From Macrostomum lignano (taxonomy: Eukaryota), in the NCBI GenBank assembly GCA_002269645.1, contig NIVC01000252.1, positions 1 through 64,000 on the forward strand: DNA of 64,000 bases, in the 5' to 3' direction. Positions 58,477-64,000 of the stretch are shown one piece after another. The notes beneath the pieces are model-generated. The model ran no database searches and was not told the DNA's origin. It saw only the letters and a list, made by a program, of their open reading frames with translations. The position numbers and the translations under genes were made by a program. Positions within the stretch are counted from its first letter, which is position 1. Each line of letters begins with the position of its first letter.

Positions 58477-59903
58477 TATTTAAAGAACTTTGGCAAAAAT
58501 GTACCTGCAAATGTTTGCCGCATAGAGCTAGGTGGGCACATAAAGACAGATGGTGGGTCAATAGGTCCAAAATATCACTTGATTTTTGTAAGCCTTGCAT
58601 CCTTTGGCCAATGCTTTTTGTATATTCCCATGTGTTTGGTGACATTCTGGAATGATATAAAGTAAAAAAGTATTTAAAATTGCACATTTATATGTTTATG
58701 AACCTTGTTTATCACTTAATAACCTATATAAATGAAATGTTATTGGTCAAAGATTTCTTATAGGTTTTACTTATAATAGCTATAGGCCTATTAGTGTTTA
58801 TACTATTTAGTACATTACAAGTTTCAAATAAATTCCAAGTGTTAGTTAATAAACAAGCTATTTAATTAAAAACATGGCTTTAAAACTTTCTAACTACTAG
58901 GGGTAATCATTAACATAAATAAGGTTTTTACTAATAGAAATATTTCAGTTTTAACTACAATAGGCCTAACAGACATGACATAGAATTACATAGAAGTACA
59001 TAGAAAAAAAGCTTCCATTTTAATGTCAATTTCTAGTGTAAAAATTTGAGAAACCCAAAAAGGCAAAAAAGTGACTTTGGAAAAATTGGCACTATTTTCT
59101 TGACTTGTATTAGAATATAATAGGAGAACACACCCAGTCAACTATAAACTACAGCTTGCTACCTACAGCTATAATAAGTATAAAAAAATTGCTTTGTAAA
59201 CATGGTCTCTTGTTGACAATTGTGATATAAAGAAACCATGTTTGTCAGCAAAAAAGAAAACAAGAAAACCAGTATTTCACAAATCCAAATTAAAAAATGC
59301 ATATTGTTATTGGCCATTAAGGGAACGTGATATAATTATTTTAATTAATAGGTGAAGTCAGCTTATCAAGTTTAGTAAGAATTAATGAAAACCTGAATGG
59401 TTTATTACAACACACACTGCTCTATGTAGCAGTCAAATCCTAGGCTTATGTACGTAGAACTTTATACGGCTTATGGGCCTCCAAAAAAATTTCCACAAAA
59501 GCTGAGTGTCGCATCCTATATATAACGTAACTTCAGTTGTCCTTGCTTATTACTTCTATTGCATAACTAATTAGGAACACACTCTTCTAGTGCTACTCTT
59601 AACAAGACTGGTTAACACAATTAAGTAATTTGCTTTGCATGTAATATACATATTTATGTAAATAAACATTTCTGTAGTTAGGCCTATATATTTATGTAGG
59701 TGTCTATAATGTATAAAGGAATCAGCATGCCATTATGGCCGCATGACCAATGCTAAATTAGATCATCACCCAGCAACCCCCATGACATTACTGCTTACCA
59801 GTAACACCTTGGTGTAGGGCAAAGTCAAGCTTTGAAAGCTTTGAACTGAAGTTTCATAAAACACCATCTTAGAATCCACACATTTCTCACACCCAACATG
59901 CAG

Positions 59904-60220
59904 TGCATCACTGGTACGAGACTCGACTGAAAATGAGGGAACTCGGTCTTAAGTCGAAATCTGTTGCCAAGCTAAGTGACATAGACGCGGTTGATACTGG
60001 TGCTACAATTCTTGGCGAAACAATTATCTACATTGTCAGTGCCCTGACAATCTTTGCGGAGTACAGGCGACAGGCAAATAAGGAGCAAGCGAAAGAGGAA
60101 CTGGCTTCTGATAAAATGACCGATCTCGAAAAATCGGTGCAAGATTTGAAACAGCTCGTCACTGAGCAGCGAGATCAGTGTGAGCAGTTGCAACTGTTGC
60201 TGAAAAGTGGTAAAAAATGA
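59904..60220 (+). CDS. OPA3: OPA3-like protein, exon 2
   Basis: tgcag acceptor, phase 1 gives LHHWYETRLKMRELG...AVDTGATILGETIIY...EYRRQ...KE and a C-terminal coiled coil. TGA at 60218-60220. Confidence 0.95.
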
Positions 60221-60287
60221 TTGACTACTTTGTGTTAAAATTAATCAATTGAAAAGCTTAACCCTTCTGTTTTTCTGAGGTTTTTAG

Positions 60288-61201
60288 ACTCTAAAATATC
60301 CCCATGATCATCTGTGAGACGCAAAATATCCCCATGATCATCTGTGAGACGCAAAATATCCCCATGATCAGCTGTCAGACTCAAAATATCCCCATGATCA
60401 GCTGTCAGACTCAAAATATCCCCATGATCAACTGCCTGTCAGACTCAAAATATCCCCATGATCAACTGCCTGTCAGACTCAAAATATCCCCATGATCAGC
60501 TGTCTGTCAGACTCAAAATATCCCCATGATCAGCTGTCAGACTCAAAATATCCCCATGATCAACTGCCTGTCAGACTCAAAATATCCCCATGATCAGCTG
60601 TCTGTCAGACTCAAAATATCCCCATGATCAGCTGTCAGACTCAAAATATCCCCATGATCAGCTGTCAGACTCAAAATATCCCCATGATCAGCTGTCTGTC
60701 AGACTCAAAATATCCCCATGATCAGCTGTCTGTCAGACTCAAAATATCCCCATGATCAGCTGTCTGTCAGACTCAAAATATCCCCATGATCAGCTGTCAG
60801 ACTCAAAATATCCCCATGATCAGCTGTTTGTCAGACTCAAAATATCCCCATGATCAGCTGTCTGTCAGACTCAAAATATCCCCATGATCAACTGCCTGTC
60901 AGACTCAAAATATCCCCATGATCAACTGCCTGTCAGACTCAAAATATCCCCATGATCAGCTGTTTGTCAGACTCAAAATATCCCCATGATCAGCTGTCTG
61001 TCAGACTCAAAATATCCCCATGATCAGCTGTCAGACTCAAAATATCCCCATGATCAGCTGTTTGTCAGACTCAAAATATCCCCATGATCAGCTGTCTGTC
61101 AGACTCAAAATATCCCCATGATCAGCTGTCAGACTCAAAATATCCCCATGATCAGCTGTCAGACTCAAAATATCCCCATGATCAGCTGTCTGTCAGACTC
61201 C
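60288..61201. repeat. 30/34-bp minisatellite (agactcaaaatatccccatgatcagctgtc[tgtc])n just downstream of the OPA3 stop
   Basis: Direct tandem repeats with two unit-length variants. Confidence 0.96.
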
Positions 61202-62419
61202 AAGTATTCCATAAAATTTAACTTCATAAAAATTGCTCATTATGCCATGTATCTACACATAATTTTTGTGAGATTTTTTACTATTTGCTTGTCTGCTTAA
61301 CTATTTTCTGGTTCTGTTAAAGGCAAAGCTTAAAATGCGTTTTATGATGTATAAGCACTCAATCTCTGTGCATACTTGATTATTGTTATAATATAATGAG
61401 ATGTTTCAATAGAAATATAATTGTAACAAAACTGAAATAGTTGTTAGTTTAATACGTTTTAACTAATTTTTCAAATATTTACGTATAAAGCCTTTATTTC
61501 AGTGTTTTAGTGGATAAAGTCCATCTTCAGATGAATTGGAATGTTACACTCATAAGCCTATGCTTTTAGTTTAATTTTAAAAAAAATGAGAACATCTGTT
61601 TTTCGCGATGCACTACTAAAAGAGCTTGTAAGTAGTATGTAAAGCGCAGCACACGATACAACGCTTGTGCGCTCGCCGGTCAACTCAAGTCGCCGCGACC
61701 ACTTATAAAATCGTTTTTATTCAGCCAATCGCCAGTCTAACCCCTGGCCACCAACCCCAACCGCCACTACCCCAACAATCTCGCCACCGCACCCGCCACC
61801 CCCAAAAAATAAGACTGGACCGCGCCGCGGGTGGTCTTGCGCAGACGCGCTAATTTGCACGCGTCTGTGTGTTTGTCTCTCTCTTTCATCTCTCTCCCCT
61901 CTGTCTTCTGATTGGCTGGCTGAAATTCTCATTCAAGTTACAGTGGCAGTGGCTATAAGCTTTGCGTTAGGTGCGTTAAAGAAAGAGACAAAAAATCGGA
62001 GTTCAATTGGTTCTGTCCTATATTCTGGCACCTCTAGCTAGAGAATTAAATTGCTACTCTATAAGACGGAGTGGTCGGCTTGGCTGACTAACTAAATCCC
62101 CAAGCTATTTCTTATTCCTCTCACTGTCTGCTCCGTAACTATATTGTTGTTTTCTTATTGTTAGACTAATTCGCACTAAATATAATCGAGAGTACGTAGG
62201 TAAGATTATATTGCAAGAATCGCATTGACCTGCTCAGCAATTGTACACAGATTGGGTCCGATAAATAATCTTCTGTTTTGAAGGTAAGCTGTGCTGAAGC
62301 CAATGCTGTGTTTAGCTGTTGTCTATAAATAAATGTGTAGCAGCGCTGTATTCCTTTTTAAGGTCAAAACCGTGTATGCATGTACGAGCGTATAGTATAG
62401 GATGGGAAACGTGTAGCCT

Positions 62420-63130
62420 TTATCTCCCTTACTACTTCCCAATCTCCCTCAGTCTCCCAATCTCCCTCATCTCCCTCACTATCTCCCTCATCACTCCTAA
62501 TCTCCCTCATCTCCCTCAAAATCAGCCTCATCCCTTTCCGAATCTCCCTCACTTTTCCAATCTCCCTCATCACTCCTAATCTCCCTCAAAATCAGCCTCA
62601 TCCCTTTCCGAATCTCCCTCACTTTTCCAATCTCCCTCATCACTCCTAATCTCCCTCAAAATCAGCCTCATCCCTTTCCGAATCTCCCTCACTTTTCCAA
62701 TCTCCCTCATCACTCCTAATCTCCCTCAAAATCAGCCTCATCCCTTTCCGAATCTCCCTCACTTTCCCAATCTCCCTCATCTCCCTCACAATCTCCCTCA
62801 TCCCTTTTCGAATCTCCCTCATCTCCCTCACAACCTCCCTCATCCCTTTCCGAATCTCCCTCACTTTCCCAATCTCCCTCATCACTCCTAATCTCCCTCA
62901 TCTCCCTCAAAATCAGCCTCATCCCTTTCCGAATCTCCCTCACTTTCCCAATCTCCCTCATCTCCCTCACAATCTCCCTCATCCCTTTTCGAATCTCCCT
63001 CATCTCCCTCACAACCTCCCTCATCCCTTTCCGAATCTCCCTCACTTTCCCAATCTCTCTCATCACTCACAATCTCCCTCATCCCTTTCCGAATCTCCCT
63101 CATCACTCTCCGAATCTCCCTCACTGTCCC
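62420..63130. repeat. Minisatellite built on atctccctc, with ~70-bp higher-order units
   Basis: Direct tandem repeats. Source of the MREIGKVREIRKG pseudo-ORFs. Confidence 0.93.
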
Positions 63131-63844
63131 CTCCCTACCCCTCTAAAATCTACCCCCATTAGCTAGTTCCCTATTAATCTTTCCACTACTCTCAGCCCAG
63201 CCGCCCCCTCGAGCATGGACTGTTGTCAAACCTTAGCGATGCATGTACTATTGCAGAAACAACGCTCATATACTCACACAAGCCTTGTACGATTTGATAC
63301 AACAGTTTTAGATAATTCACAAATCCGTCTGGGAGGGCCCACGCGCAGATATTACAATATGCTAATTCGCTAGCGATTCTGTTAGTCTTTGACTTCCCGA
63401 CTGCTATTCGCATACTGCCGCTTACAACATCTATAAATATTTATAATGGATTGGGGATAGACAGAGATCAAACATATTACAGCACTGCTCCTAATAGACG
63501 GCCGGTGGGGGGGATATTTTTTGGACTGCTCGGTGCTTGTAGTGCGACAGATTTATTAGGCCTAACCGCATAGCACAGCGCCATCCCATTACCAGTCTCA
63601 ATTGGAGCATATAGGGGCCTATTATTAAGTACACTGTCTAAGTGGTGTAGCCTCATATAACTACTTGATATAGCTGAGAAAATCGGTCAGATATGTAGAA
63701 AAAGCAAACAGAGGGGAAACATCGCCTGCCTGCCTGTTTTACTTAGGCTGCAAATATCCTTAAAATTTTTATAGATTTTGTGTTCTCTATCAGATTATTA
63801 TATCATTCTTGTGTTTCCAGCTGCGTGTAAACTTACTTCTAGCC

Positions 63845-64000
63845 CCCTGACACCAGGGTTTGGCTCCCTCTCTGACACCAGGGTTTAGCCCCCTCTCTGA
63901 CACCAGGGTTTAGCCCCCTCTCTGACACCAGGGTTTAGCCCCCTCTCTGACACCAGGGTTTAGCGCCCCCCTCTCTGACACTAGGGTTTAGCCCCCTCTC
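63845..64000. repeat. 25-bp minisatellite (ctgacaccagggtttagccccctct)n running off the right edge
   Basis: ctgaca recurs at 63847, 63872 and 63897. Confidence 0.92.

Noticed and set aside
63192-63700. Short ORFs near the right end
   Set aside because: No recognisable domain or consistent splice structure.
63845-64000. Telomere-like GGGTTTA motif
   Set aside because: One heptamer embedded in a 25-bp unit, not a tandem telomeric repeat.

Overview
Eukaryotic (animal) genomic DNA. Minisatellite-packed introns, GC-rich exons and an anion-type nicotinic receptor suggest a flatworm such as Macrostomum, but this is inference. 1-11.3 kb is a ~664-bp satellite with 17 full copies. Three host genes lie on the + strand: a nicotinic acetylcholine receptor alpha subunit with the PAK anion-selectivity motif (~16.7-25.5 kb), an amnionless-like gene (43.2-46.2 kb) and OPA3, whose single intron is 12.4 kb. 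There are three Ty3/gypsy LTR retrotransposons, each with recognisable LTRs, PBS, PPT and TSD. Element 1 (27472-36189) has identical LTRs and a cold-shock domain of Unr/CSDE1 type between the Gag zinc knuckle and the protease. Element 2 (38981-41582) lacks RT and RNase H yet keeps one open Gag-PR'-IN frame. Element 3 (48192-56202, minus strand) is decayed and carries an extra TatD-fold nuclease-like ORF between integrase and PPT. It sits inside one MITE copy and contains a second copy of the same MITE family. Also present: a solo LTR, a hAT MITE, tRNA-like SINE heads, a P-element-like transposase remnant and about a dozen minisatellites. The strongest candidates for undescribed biology are the cold-shock-domain Gag and the TatD-like retrotransposon cargo. 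All domain calls are motif alignments made by eye, with no database searches.
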